A stretch of 64,000 bases of DNA from an uncultured Bacteroidales bacterium (lineage in GTDB: Bacteria; Bacteroidota; Bacteroidia; Bacteroidales; BM520): assembly GCA_964594665.1 (NCBI GenBank), contig CAZQNY010000001.1:9599-73598 (forward strand). The letters run 5' to 3'. Each line of letters starts with the position of its first letter. The stretch's first letter is position 1. A program made the position numbers and the translations under genes. The notes beneath the pieces were generated by a model, which did not search any database, had not been told where the DNA came from, and worked only from the letters and a program-made list of their open reading frames with translations. Shown in pieces: positions 47,612 to 56,944 of this stretch.

Positions 47612-49959
47612 TACTCTTCTATTACTACTTCATCAACAAAAAGCCATGCAGGATTTCCTGCGCCTTTATGCCAGGCGGGTAGCATGCCGGCATTCTTTGC
47701 CACAACCTTCACATAGCGTCCTGATACCGATTCTGTGTTAACAATAAACGGCACTATCTGATTCTCTCCTGTTTGATGATTAAAAGTGTGACTTTTGCTT
47801 CCAATCATTTTATAATCTTTACCATCTGCAGAGATAAAAACCTGTACCTCCTGTGGAAGAAATATCCATCTGTTGGCCATTGCAAGTGCATTAACTCTTA
47901 CCCTGTTGACATACTCTTCTTTTTTGAGATCGACAGTCAATACCATGTCATTACCTTTAAATCCCAGCCACTGGCCATCGGTATGCTGCCACGAGCCAAA
48001 TAATCCATTAAGGAGTGTTCGGGGACCATCGCACCTGTATTTTTCCTCCGGCAGGAATTGTAATCTGCCGGCCTTCCCAATGCCTTTATGCAGGGCGATG
48101 CCCGTAGTATTCATTTTTTCCCTGGGCTTGCCATCTTTGTAGGCAATGGCATTTATTGTACATGATTGATCCACAACAAAAGCCTGATCATATTTTGCAG
48201 ATGTAGTATCAGGGATTGTACCATCCATTGTGTAATAGATCGCATCGGCAAAGGCTTCAGTGGAGAGAACAATATGAAAATTGTTATTCGTTGAATCATA
48301 GTGTGTTTCAGCTACCACTTTATAAGATCCTTCACAATAATTTACATCCATATATTCGAAACGAACAAAAATATCCGCTAATCTGCTTCTGAAATTCTCC
48401 CAACCTGTTCGTTTTTCTTCTGTCCACAGCTTTTCCGCCAAAGCAGTCATTCTGGGCACCACCATATATTCAGCGTGTTCTGGAGTTTTAACCCATTCGG
48501 TCCAGAGGTTTCCCTGACCACCGAGGATGTGTTTTGCTTCCTCATCGTTTAATGCTTCCGGAGTAGGGTTGAAGGAGTAGACTTTTTTCAGTGTAGTATA
48601 GCCACCAATAGCTTCCGGCTGGAATTCGGGGTCAGCCTGATAGTAATCGAAATAGCAGTGCGAAACGGGGCACATAATGGCATCATGACCCGAACGAGCT
48701 GCTTCAATACCGCCTTCCATGCCACGCCATGACATAACAGTAGCTTCCGGTGCCAGACCACCTTCCAGAATCTCGTCCCATCCAATAAGCTGCTTGTCAT
48801 GGGCGATAAGATATTTTTCCATACGCCTGATAAAATAGCTCTGCAGCTCTTCAACATTGGAAAGGCCTTCATTTTTTATGCGTTTCTGACACTTTGGACA
48901 GGTTTCCCATGCGGTTTTTGTTGCTTCATCACCACCTATATGTATATATGGGGCAGGAAAGAGTTCCATAACTTCATCCAGCACATCTTCCAGAAATTCA
49001 AATACCTGTTCATTTCCAGCACAAAAAATATCATCATTGGGCCAGTATGAACCTGGTTGCACATAGTAAGGACCTCCGGTACAGCCCAGTTCAGGGTATG
49101 CAGCAAGAACCTCACAGGAGTGCCCGGGCATTTCAATTTCAGGTATTACCATTACCTGCCGCTGTGCTGCATATGCTACGATCTCTTTAATTTCATCCTG
49201 AGTGTAATAACCACCATAAGTAGCCTTTTCGCCGGGTTCAGGTGGTGTTACTTCACGCCAGGGCATATCTTCACGATCTACACGCCAGGCTGCAATCTCC
49301 TGAAGCTTAGGATACTTCTTTATCTCTATGCGCCAGCCATTGTCATCTGTTAAATGCCAGTGGAAGACATTCATTTTATGAAATGCAATTAAATCGATAT
49401 ACTTCTTAATAAACTCAACAGGGAAAAAATGCCTGCTTACATCCAGGTGCATTCCCCGCCATGAATATGCCGGCTGATCGCTGATCTGAACACAGGGGAT
49501 ACGTATTTTTTTCATCTTCCCTGACGATTCAATCTGAGGAGGCATCATCTGACGCAAAGTCTGAAAACTATAAAAAATACCGGCTACAGACGATGCATTT
49601 ATACTGATAACGCCATTGCGTACCTGAAGCGAATAGCTCCCATCTTTTTCATCTGATGGCTTTAGATTAAGCAATATTGTATTGGAAGATGATTCTATCT
49701 CTGCCAGTGAGGCATGATCCAATTTAATTCCGGATCCGTTTTCAATAAATGCTGTAAACCAGTCAACTGCATCTTTTAATGCCTTATTATCAGTGTCGTA
49801 AGCGATTCTTGTTTTTGCATTTATCTCGAAATTGCCTGAACGAGGGAAATTCATAACGGGTTTGGGCGTTATATCAACCTGCTCAGGTTGTGAGCAACTG
49901 TAAAAAAACAATACTCCTGTAAGCGTTAGAATTAGGGGTAAAAAACGTAAAATTTTCAT
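47611..49959 (-). CDS. Beta-N-acetylhexosaminidase (GH20) with C-terminal F5/8 type C (discoidin) domain
   Basis: ATG at 49959 gives a lipoprotein-like signal (LFFYSCSQ). GH20 motifs RGMHLDVSRHF, FHWHLTDDNGWR and HIGGDE are present, with a C-terminal discoidin-like ~140 aa. Confidence 0.88.
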   Translation of the reverse strand: MKILRFLPLILTLTGVLFFYSCSQPEQVDITPKPVMNFPRSGNFEINAKTRIAYDTDNKALKDAVDWFTAFIENGSGIKLDHASLAEIESSSNTILLNLKPSDEKDGSYSLQVRNGVISINASSVAGIFYSFQTLRQMMPPQIESSGKMKKIRIPCVQISDQPAYSWRGMHLDVSRHFFPVEFIKKYIDLIAFHKMNVFHWHLTDDNGWRIEIKKYPKLQEIAAWRVDREDMPWREVTPPEPGEKATYGGYYTQDEIKEIVAYAAQRQVMVIPEIEMPGHSCEVLAAYPELGCTGGPYYVQPGSYWPNDDIFCAGNEQVFEFLEDVLDEVMELFPAPYIHIGGDEATKTAWETCPKCQKRIKNEGLSNVEELQSYFIRRMEKYLIAHDKQLIGWDEILEGGLAPEATVMSWRGMEGGIEAARSGHDAIMCPVSHCYFDYYQADPEFQPEAIGGYTTLKKVYSFNPTPEALNDEEAKHILGGQGNLWTEWVKTPEHAEYMVVPRMTALAEKLWTEEKRTGWENFRSRLADIFVRFEYMDVNYCEGSYKVVAETHYDSTNNNFHIVLSTEAFADAIYYTMDGTIPDTTSAKYDQAFVVDQSCTINAIAYKDGKPREKMNTTGIALHKGIGKAGRLQFLPEEKYRCDGPRTLLNGLFGSWQHTDGQWLGFKGNDMVLTVDLKKEEYVNRVRVNALAMANRWIFLPQEVQVFISADGKDYKMIGSKSHTFNHQTGENQIVPFIVNTESVSGRYVKVVAKNAGMLPAWHKGAGNPAWLFVDEVVIEE

Positions 49960-49994
49960 GTGGGGTGTGTTTTGATCTCCCAAAAATAGTGAAA

Positions 49995-51410
49995 TCACAC
50001 CTTATTTCCATATCCAAACAATCCTTTTTCCTTAATGGAATTAGCCACATACTTTGGAACATGCTTTTCCCACTGTTGATCTCCTTCCGCAATCATAGCA
50101 GCAACCTCACGACTATATACATCCATGTGGTTTTTATTTGCATTTTTAATATCCATAATTTTCTCTTTATGAATAAGATACTGATAAAGATGCCATAAAC
50201 TGTTGTCTTGCTTCATTACCATGCATGCAGTAACAAACCGGTCATCTTTTTTTTCATAGCGAGGATAGATATATAATTTGGTGTTTTTTGTGAAAAGTGC
50301 TCCGAATGCCTCAAGGATTCCACCATTTAAATTTTCGTAGTAATGAGGCTCGAGAACTTTTTTCAATGTTTCAGCACCAAGAACCATGCGAATGTTATTA
50401 ATTTTAAAATGGCTAAAATATTCCGATAGTTTATAAAAATATCGGATATTCGAAACCATAACATTCTGGCCATTTTCATTCAGAAGATCAACACGTTGCA
50501 AAAAGTCCCGCTCATCAAGTTCTCCCTTTTGTAAAAGATTATGTAATGTTATTTCACAAATGGATAATGTATTCTTTTTATCAAAAGGCATCTCTTCCTT
50601 AAAGGTATGGAAACTGGATTTCAACACATCAAAACCGGCATAAGTTATTGGCCGGAAGTTGCCACGCATGACAATGACATTTTTTCTGTAGAGCATATCT
50701 GCAGGAGTCTGGATGCTGCCATTCCTGTCGAAAATTGTGGCTGTACACATATCATTTTTTACCAGCTGAACGCCAAGTAACCGATTATCAATATAATCCA
50801 GCTGAGGGCCATGCATCCTTAACATATTAACCGAAACGCGGTCATTGGCAAGGTTATCCATTAACGATTGGATGAAAATATTCGGGCGCTCATAGTGGTT
50901 GTAACAGGCATACATTAGGTTTACCCCAAGAACACCCAAAGTGGCCTGCTGCAACAGACCATCATTTTCCAGTAAATCAACATGCATAATAACGGTATTG
51001 GGTTTATGCTGTTTTTCCAACTGAAACATCATGCCGATCCAGCCATGGCCGTGATTGGTTTTAGCGTAATTGAGTGTTGTAACGGTGTTTGCAAAAGCAA
51101 AAAATCGGGTGTTGTCGCCTCTTTTTTCACCTAAAACATTACAAACTTCTTCATATTCATTTGTAAGCATTTTTAATAATCTTTCCTCGCTTACATATCG
51201 TCCGCTCTGGCTTTTTGCATACAAATGGTCAGAATAGGACTTATCATATGCCGATATTGTCTTGGCTATTGTTCCTGACGCTCCTCCGGATGTAAAGAAG
51301 AAACGTGCGGTTTCCTGTCCGGCGCCAATTTCAGCAAAACTGCCATAGATGTCCTCCTGAAGATTTATTGATAGTGCTTTTCGCTTTGTGGTCAGTATTT
51401 CCCTATCCAT
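49995..51410 (-). CDS. Conserved hypothetical protein (~470 aa, function unknown)
   Basis: This is a long intact ORF. The N-terminal motif IYGSFAEIGAGQETARFFF...GGASGTIAKTISAYD is one I have seen in an uncharacterised family that gets inconsistent automatic annotations. I can assign no catalytic motif. Confidence 0.6.
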   Translation of the reverse strand: MDREILTTKRKALSINLQEDIYGSFAEIGAGQETARFFFTSGGASGTIAKTISAYDKSYSDHLYAKSQSGRYVSEERLLKMLTNEYEEVCNVLGEKRGDNTRFFAFANTVTTLNYAKTNHGHGWIGMMFQLEKQHKPNTVIMHVDLLENDGLLQQATLGVLGVNLMYACYNHYERPNIFIQSLMDNLANDRVSVNMLRMHGPQLDYIDNRLLGVQLVKNDMCTATIFDRNGSIQTPADMLYRKNVIVMRGNFRPITYAGFDVLKSSFHTFKEEMPFDKKNTLSICEITLHNLLQKGELDERDFLQRVDLLNENGQNVMVSNIRYFYKLSEYFSHFKINNIRMVLGAETLKKVLEPHYYENLNGGILEAFGALFTKNTKLYIYPRYEKKDDRFVTACMVMKQDNSLWHLYQYLIHKEKIMDIKNANKNHMDVYSREVAAMIAEGDQQWEKHVPKYVANSIKEKGLFGYGNKV

Positions 51411-51474
51411 AATGGTTTGTGTTATGGTTGAATAACAATGGAGTTCAGGAATGGTTTCTAATTCTTAAAATATT

Positions 51475-51563
51475 ATTTCACAAAGAAGCACTAAGTAGAC
51501 ACTAAGTGTCACAAAGATATTCTTTGTGACACTTACTGTTTTCTTTGAGAACCTTTGTGAAAT
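51475..51563. repeat. Nested inverted repeats built on a TCACAAAG / CTTTGTGA core
   Basis: Outer 11-bp arms are ATTTCACAAAG (51475-51485) and CTTTGTGAAAT (51553-51563). The inner perfect 15-bp stem is 51503-51517 / 51521-51535 with a 3-nt loop. CACTAAGT is directly repeated at 51489 and 51500. A minus-strand TATCTTTG -7-like box (51512-51519) lies inside the inner palindrome. Confidence 0.6.
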
Positions 51564-51572
51564 GATTTCTGA

Positions 51573-51605
51573 CAAAAAAGCCCGATTAAATAAATAACCG
51601 GGCTT
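51573..51605 (-). terminator. Rho-independent terminator after the DUF1015 gene
   Basis: On the minus strand, AAGCCCG pairs with CGGGCTT (plus-strand 51578-51584 and 51599-51605), running into TTTTTT. It lies 22 nt after the stop codon. Confidence 0.65.
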
Positions 51606-51626
51606 ACATATCATAATAATCAATGA

Positions 51627-52877
51627 TTAGTCTAATTCATGGATTACAAGACCGCTTCGAAGTTTTGGCTCGAACCAGGTGGTTTTCGGAGGCATAATGT
51701 TGCCGGTGTCGGCAATATCAATCAGTTGCTGCATGGAAACAGGGTAGAGAGCAAAAGCAGCTTTCATTTCACCGCTGTCAACACGTTTGCTCAGTTCACC
51801 AAGGCCACGGATGCCACCAACAAAATCAATACGTTTGCTGGTACGCAGGTCTTTGATGTCAAGAAGTTTATCCAGGACAAGGTTTGAAAGTATGGTAACA
51901 TCAAGAACGCCAATAGGATCATTATCGTCGTATGTTCCCTCCTTAGCAGTCATTTTGTACCATTTACCTTCAAGGTACATACTGAAAACGTGCAGGTCTT
52001 CAGGCTTGTAGATTTCAGCACCCATCTCTTCCACGATAAATGAATCGTTAAGCTTTTCTTTGAGCTCTTCCGGAGACAAACCGTTGAGATCTTTTACAAC
52101 CCTGTTATAGTCGATAATCTGTAACTGATCATCAGGGAAATGCACTGCAAGGAAATAATTGTATTCTTCCTCACCGGTATGATTCGGATTGTTTTCTTTT
52201 TTCTCAATACCAACACGGGCAGCTGCTGCAGTACGGTGGTGACCGTCAGCAACATACGTTGCAGGGATCTCTTCTTTGAAGATCCGTGTAATTTCAGCGA
52301 TAGTTGCGTCGTCTTCAATTACCCAGAAATGGTGACCAAAACCTTCGTCAGCGGTAAAATCATAAACCGGTTCAGTATCCCTGATAATATCATTTACAAT
52401 ATCATCAATTTTATCATTTGCGGGATACGTAAAGAAAACAGGCTCGATATTAGCATTATTACGACGCACATTAATCATTCTGTCTTCTTCTTTTTCCGGG
52501 CGTGTCAATTCATGTTTTTTAATAACACCATTAAGATAATCTTCGGTGCTGGCAGCAGCCACGAGGCCATACTGAGTGCGTCCGTCCATGGTCTGGGCAT
52601 AGATGTAATACTTTTCTTTTTCATCCTGCACCAGCCATTTGTTCTCTTTGAACATTTTATAATTGTCTACCGATTTCTGATATACGGGCTCAGTATGCTC
52701 ATCAATACCTTCTTCCAGGTCAATCTCAGCCTTTGTTACATGAAGCAGCGTATAAGGATTACCTTCTGCTTCAACGCGGGCTTCAGCTGAATTTAAAACG
52801 TCGTAAGGCCTTGAAGCTACCTTTTCTGCCAGGTCCATCGGAGGTCTTACTCCTTTAAATGGTTTAATAATTGCCAT
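51627..52877 (-). CDS. DUF1015 domain-containing protein
   Basis: The N-terminus MAIIKPFKGVRP...ASRPYDVL and the internal YVADGHHR motif are typical of DUF1015 (COG4198). It is followed by a hairpin plus T-run. Confidence 0.8.
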   Translation of the reverse strand: MAIIKPFKGVRPPMDLAEKVASRPYDVLNSAEARVEAEGNPYTLLHVTKAEIDLEEGIDEHTEPVYQKSVDNYKMFKENKWLVQDEKEKYYIYAQTMDGRTQYGLVAAASTEDYLNGVIKKHELTRPEKEEDRMINVRRNNANIEPVFFTYPANDKIDDIVNDIIRDTEPVYDFTADEGFGHHFWVIEDDATIAEITRIFKEEIPATYVADGHHRTAAAARVGIEKKENNPNHTGEEEYNYFLAVHFPDDQLQIIDYNRVVKDLNGLSPEELKEKLNDSFIVEEMGAEIYKPEDLHVFSMYLEGKWYKMTAKEGTYDDNDPIGVLDVTILSNLVLDKLLDIKDLRTSKRIDFVGGIRGLGELSKRVDSGEMKAAFALYPVSMQQLIDIADTGNIMPPKTTWFEPKLRSGLVIHELD

Positions 52878-52946
52878 AATTATAATTTATTGTGGGGTTA
52901 TTTAATTTGCTGTTGGGGCGAAGTGAAATGTACGCCCTGTCCTGTA

Positions 52947-53870
52947 TTAGTTTACTTTAAATGTCGTGTCTCCTTTTTCGAGGAAATTGATAATCTGCTC
53001 AGCTCCTGCAACACCGGCATTAATATTTGCTTCTGCTGTCTGGGCGCCCATTTTCTTTGGTGTGAAGAAAAAGCGACCTTCATACTTTTCAGCAAATACA
53101 TCTTTGCAATCCGGAGCAATATCACTCAGATATTTGAAATCAGGGCGCTCTTCCATCAGTTCAAGAATACTATCTTCGTCAATAACCTCTTTACGGGCAG
53201 TGTTTACCAAAACAGCATTTTCGGGCATTGTGGACAGAATGGCCTTGCCAATAGATTTTTTGGTTTTATCGTTTGCAGGAATATGCAATGAAATATACTG
53301 ACATGTTTTATAGAGTTCTTCAGCAGAATCAACAGCAATAACGCCATCGGCTTCAATAGCTGCTTTCTCAACAAAAGGATCAAAAGCAAGAACTTCCATA
53401 CCAAAACCTTTTGCGATGCGGGCGAGGTTCTTGCCAACATTTCCATAGGCATGGATACCAACTTTTTTGCCTTTTAATTCTGTTCCGGGCTTCCCGTTGT
53501 AGCATCCGCGGGCCATAAATACCATCATACCAAGGGCAAGCTCTGCAACAGCATTGGAGTTCTGACCGGGAGTATTCATTGCCACAACATTATTATCAGT
53601 ACAGGCCTGAAGATCAATGTTGTCGTAACCGGCACCGGCACGGACAATAACTTTGAGGTTTTTGGCAGCTTCAATAACTTCCCTTGTAGCTTTATCGGAG
53701 CGGATGATCATTGCATCAGCATCAGCAACAGCTTCCAGAAGCTGTGTCTTTTCTGTGTACTTTTCCAGTAAGGCTAATTCATAACCTTCTGCATTATCAA
53801 CAACAGCTTTGATAGCATTTACTGCAGCAGGAGCAAAAGGTTTTTCTGTGGCAACCAGTATTTTTTTCAT
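52947..53870 (-). CDS. serA: D-3-phosphoglycerate dehydrogenase (short form, D-2-hydroxyacid dehydrogenase family)
   Basis: NAD-binding GIHAYGNVG, and the catalytic R/E/H pattern of D-isomer 2-hydroxyacid dehydrogenases. It is adjacent to serC. Confidence 0.75.
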   Translation of the reverse strand: MKKILVATEKPFAPAAVNAIKAVVDNAEGYELALLEKYTEKTQLLEAVADADAMIIRSDKATREVIEAAKNLKVIVRAGAGYDNIDLQACTDNNVVAMNTPGQNSNAVAELALGMMVFMARGCYNGKPGTELKGKKVGIHAYGNVGKNLARIAKGFGMEVLAFDPFVEKAAIEADGVIAVDSAEELYKTCQYISLHIPANDKTKKSIGKAILSTMPENAVLVNTARKEVIDEDSILELMEERPDFKYLSDIAPDCKDVFAEKYEGRFFFTPKKMGAQTAEANINAGVAGAEQIINFLEKGDTTFKVN

Positions 53871-53974
53871 ATCTCAATTTTTTGTGGGTTAAATAATACG
53901 AAAATGAAGACCCAATGCAGCATACTATTAAGCCCAATGAGTCTTCATCATATTTATAAAAACAAGAGTCAATC

Positions 53975-55054
53975 TTATTTATTTTTAGCTTCGAACTCTT
54001 TGAGAACGGCAACAAGTGCTTCAACGCTCTCTTTTTCCAGCGCATTGTAGCAACTTGCACGGAAACCACCAACGCTTCTGTGGCCTTTAATGCCTGCAAT
54101 ATTGTTTTCAGCTGCAAAGGCCAGCAGATCAGCCTGCAGATGTTCATATTTTTCTTCCATAACAAAGCAGATATTCATAAGAGAACGGTCTTCCTTTGCA
54201 ACAGTACCTCTGAACATTTCACTTTCGTCGATGTAATTGTAGAGAAGATCGGCTTTTTCAACAGCTCTGCGCTCCATTTCCTTAACACCACCCTGAGCTT
54301 TCACCCACTTGAGCGTTTCACCGACAACGAAAATATTCATTGCAGGAGGAGTATTAAACATAGAACCTTTGCTAACGTGTGTGCTGTATTTGAGCATTGT
54401 TGGAATAGGACGATCAACAACTTTTTCGAGCATCTCATCCTTGATAATTACAAAGGTAACACCGGCAGGGCCGAGGTTTTTCTGTGCTCCACCATAAATC
54501 ATAACGTATTTACTGACATCTACCGGGCGGCTCATAATGTCCGATGACATATCTGCAATCAATGGAACAGGTGAGTCATAGTCTTCACGGATTTCAGTAC
54601 CCTTGATAGTGTTGTTTGTTGTGATATGGAAATAATCGGCATCAGCAGGGATCTCATATCCTTTGGGGATATAGGAGAAGTTTTTGTCTTCTGAAGAGCC
54701 TACCAAAGCAACTTTTTCCTTGCCATACAATTCGGCTTCTTTTATCGCTTTAGTCGACCAGGTTCCAGTATTCAGGTATGCGCCTTTTTCTTTCAGGAAG
54801 TTGGCAGCAATCATTGCAAACTGTGTGCTGGCGCCACCACCAAGGAAAAGAACTGAATAACCTTCAGGAACACCAAGAAGCTCCTTCATCAGGTCTACAG
54901 TTTCATCCATAATAGCCTGAAACTCTTTGCTTCTGTGGCTGACTTCCATAATTGACATTCCAATACCATTAAGGTCGAGAACAGCTTTTGCTGTGTTTTC
55001 ACGAGCAGGGGCTGACAGGATACAGGGACCTGCATTAAAAATGTGCTTTCTCAT
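53975..55054 (-). CDS. serC: Phosphoserine aminotransferase
   Basis: Motifs FNAGPC...EVSHRS...[11 protein letters not shown] (PLP-Lys region), typical of SerC. Confidence 0.92.
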   Translation of the reverse strand: MRKHIFNAGPCILSAPARENTAKAVLDLNGIGMSIMEVSHRSKEFQAIMDETVDLMKELLGVPEGYSVLFLGGGASTQFAMIAANFLKEKGAYLNTGTWSTKAIKEAELYGKEKVALVGSSEDKNFSYIPKGYEIPADADYFHITTNNTIKGTEIREDYDSPVPLIADMSSDIMSRPVDVSKYVMIYGGAQKNLGPAGVTFVIIKDEMLEKVVDRPIPTMLKYSTHVSKGSMFNTPPAMNIFVVGETLKWVKAQGGVKEMERRAVEKADLLYNYIDESEMFRGTVAKEDRSLMNICFVMEEKYEHLQADLLAFAAENNIAGIKGHRSVGGFRASCYNALEKESVEALVAVLKEFEAKNK

Positions 55055-55105
55055 AGCGATAATATTTAGGTTTATGCGTTTATGAATACATATTGATTCT
55101 TACTG

Positions 55106-55113
55106 CAAATGTA
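55106..55113 (-). promoter_or_regulatory. Candidate -7 box upstream of serC
   Basis: Minus-strand TACATTTGCA, about 52 nt upstream of ATG 55054. Confidence 0.35.
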
Positions 55114-55276
55114 TAATATTTTTTAGATGCAGAAGGAATACAGTACCTATTGATATTAAATTATTTCAAAGAAAATATGCCTTTTTATCAACCTGCCCGA
55201 TGTATTGTGTAACAAAAATCAAAAATACCCGTTTTTACTCCTGTAATTCATGAGTTTAATAACATAAATATATACT

Positions 55277-56839
55277 ATGAAACGGATACTTTTACCCTTG
55301 CTTTTTTCGCTTTGTTTTTCCCTTGCACTGGCTCAGGAACCCATTTCAGAAAAACAAGTAAGGAAGGTGGCTGAAAAGGCTATGGAGCAGTTTGATGTTC
55401 CCGGAATTGCTGTTGCCATTGTTAAAGATGGTAAAATCGTTCTTGAAGAAGGTTATGGCGTCAGGTCACTGGATAACAATAAACCTGTCGATGAACATAC
55501 TCTTTTTGGTGTAGCATCCAACAGCAAAGCCTTTACCGGTGCCGCCCTGGGGATGCTCGTGGAAGAGGAAATGCTCGATTGGGATGATAAAGTGGTGGAC
55601 TACATCCCTGAATTCAGACTTTATGATCCGTATGTTACTATGGATTTCACTATTCGTGATCTTTTAACACACAGAAGCGGGCTTCCGCTTGGCGCCGGCG
55701 ATCTGATGATCTTTCCCGATGGGCACGACTTTACAACCGATGATATTATCCATAACCTCAGATACCTGAAACAATCATCCCCTTTCAGGTCAAAATTTGA
55801 TTACGACAACCTGCTTTATATCGTTGCCGGAGAGGTACTTCACCGTATTACAGGCCTTTCCTGGGCTGAATTTATTGAAAACAACATCATGAGCCCCCTC
55901 GAAATGCAAAATAGTGCAGGTACATATGCCCGCCTTAAGGATAAATCCAATATTATCGATGCTCATGCTCCTGTTAATGGCGAGGTGGTCACTATTGAGC
56001 GCTATAAAAGCAATATTATGGATCCTGCAGGTGGCATTTACAGCTCGGTACATGATATGGCTCTGTGGTGCAAAATGTGGCTCAATGAAGGAAAATACTA
56101 TATTGATAATGATACACTTACGCTACTGGAAAAATCGACCATAAATGCTATTACAACCCCTGTAACTCCTCTTCCGGCAAGAAATAACGGATCACTAAAA
56201 AGTAATTTCAGAGGTTATGGCCTGGGATGGTTTATTACTGATGTGAATGGCCATAAAGAAATGAATCATACCGGCGGCCTCAATGGTATGGTTACTCAGG
56301 TAACAATGATCCCTGACCTTAATCTCGCGATCATTGTTCTTACAAATCAACAAAATGGCCTTGCGTTTTATTCTGTAACAAATACAATAAAAGAAGCCTA
56401 CCTTGGTCTCGAAATCAGTGACTGGGTGGCTGACTACAAAGCCCAGGAAACAAGATATCTTGAATACGTAGAAAATACTGTTGATGAAACCTGGAAACAA
56501 ATTGATAAACAGATAAATAACCCAACTACAGATATTGATATAGAAAATTACACAGGGACATATGAAGACGATTGGTTTGGACAGATTTATTTTGAAAAAG
56601 AAAACGATGGATTAAGATTCTATTCTCAACGATCATCTACGTTACAAGGGGATGTGTTTTTCTATAATGCCAACACATTTGTGGTGAAGTGGGATGACAG
56701 AAGCCTTGATGCAGATGCCTTTATGATCTTCGAACTCGACAAAGACGGAAAGGCGAAAGGCCTCAAAATGGAAGCCATCAGCCCCATGACAGACTTCAGC
56801 TACGACTTCCACGACCTGGAATTACAACGCATTGATTAA
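55277..56839 (+). CDS. Secreted serine hydrolase, beta-lactamase/PBP4* family with C-terminal DUF3471-like domain
   Basis: Signal peptide, an SxxK motif (ASNSKAF), a later YDNLLY (YxN), and HTGG. A C-terminal ~100-aa lipocalin-like extension follows. Confidence 0.8.
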   Translation: MKRILLPLLFSLCFSLALAQEPISEKQVRKVAEKAMEQFDVPGIAVAIVKDGKIVLEEGYGVRSLDNNKPVDEHTLFGVASNSKAFTGAALGMLVEEEMLDWDDKVVDYIPEFRLYDPYVTMDFTIRDLLTHRSGLPLGAGDLMIFPDGHDFTTDDIIHNLRYLKQSSPFRSKFDYDNLLYIVAGEVLHRITGLSWAEFIENNIMSPLEMQNSAGTYARLKDKSNIIDAHAPVNGEVVTIERYKSNIMDPAGGIYSSVHDMALWCKMWLNEGKYYIDNDTLTLLEKSTINAITTPVTPLPARNNGSLKSNFRGYGLGWFITDVNGHKEMNHTGGLNGMVTQVTMIPDLNLAIIVLTNQQNGLAFYSVTNTIKEAYLGLEISDWVADYKAQETRYLEYVENTVDETWKQIDKQINNPTTDIDIENYTGTYEDDWFGQIYFEKENDGLRFYSQRSSTLQGDVFFYNANTFVVKWDDRSLDADAFMIFELDKDGKAKGLKMEAISPMTDFSYDFHDLELQRID

Positions 56840-56848
56840 TCCGTAACC

Positions 56849-56928
56849 GTAGAGACACCCTATAGGGTGTCTCTACATGATCATAGCAAAGACACCCATT
56901 AATAGAGACAACCTATAGGTTGTCTCTA
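56849..56928. repeat. Two tandem near-identical perfect palindromes (28 bp and 26 bp) between convergent genes
   Basis: GTAGAGACACCCTATAGGGTGTCTCTAC (56849-56876) and TAGAGACAACCTATAGGTTGTCTCTA (56903-56928). They differ by a C>A change in the left arm matched by G>T in the right arm. An extra half-site AGACACCC lies at 56890-56897. Confidence 0.6.
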
Positions 56929-56944
56929 CGTTAAAAAAATCGTT

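Noticed and set aside
51475-51563. The repeat cluster as a small CRISPR array or tRNA-like element.
   Set aside because: The repeats are inverted and nested, not direct repeats with unique spacers. No cloverleaf can be drawn, and no cas genes are present.
52140-52790. A 216-aa plus-strand ORF inside the DUF1015 gene. Similar long antisense ORFs occur at 13204-13737, 12190-12621, 28170-28694, 61756-62322 and 54080-54547.
   Set aside because: Each lies entirely antisense to a well-supported gene with recognisable family motifs. Their translations are low-complexity, rich in Phe, Ile, Cys and Arg, with no motifs. They are classic shadow ORFs.
53871-53974. The ATGAAGAC...GTCTTCAT inverted repeat with an internal CCCAATG direct repeat, between serC and serA, as an attenuator or terminator.
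   Set aside because: It has only an 8-bp stem enclosing a ~29-nt largely unpaired loop and a weak T-tract on the relevant strand. It may slightly affect serC/serA stoichiometry, but the evidence is too weak to call.
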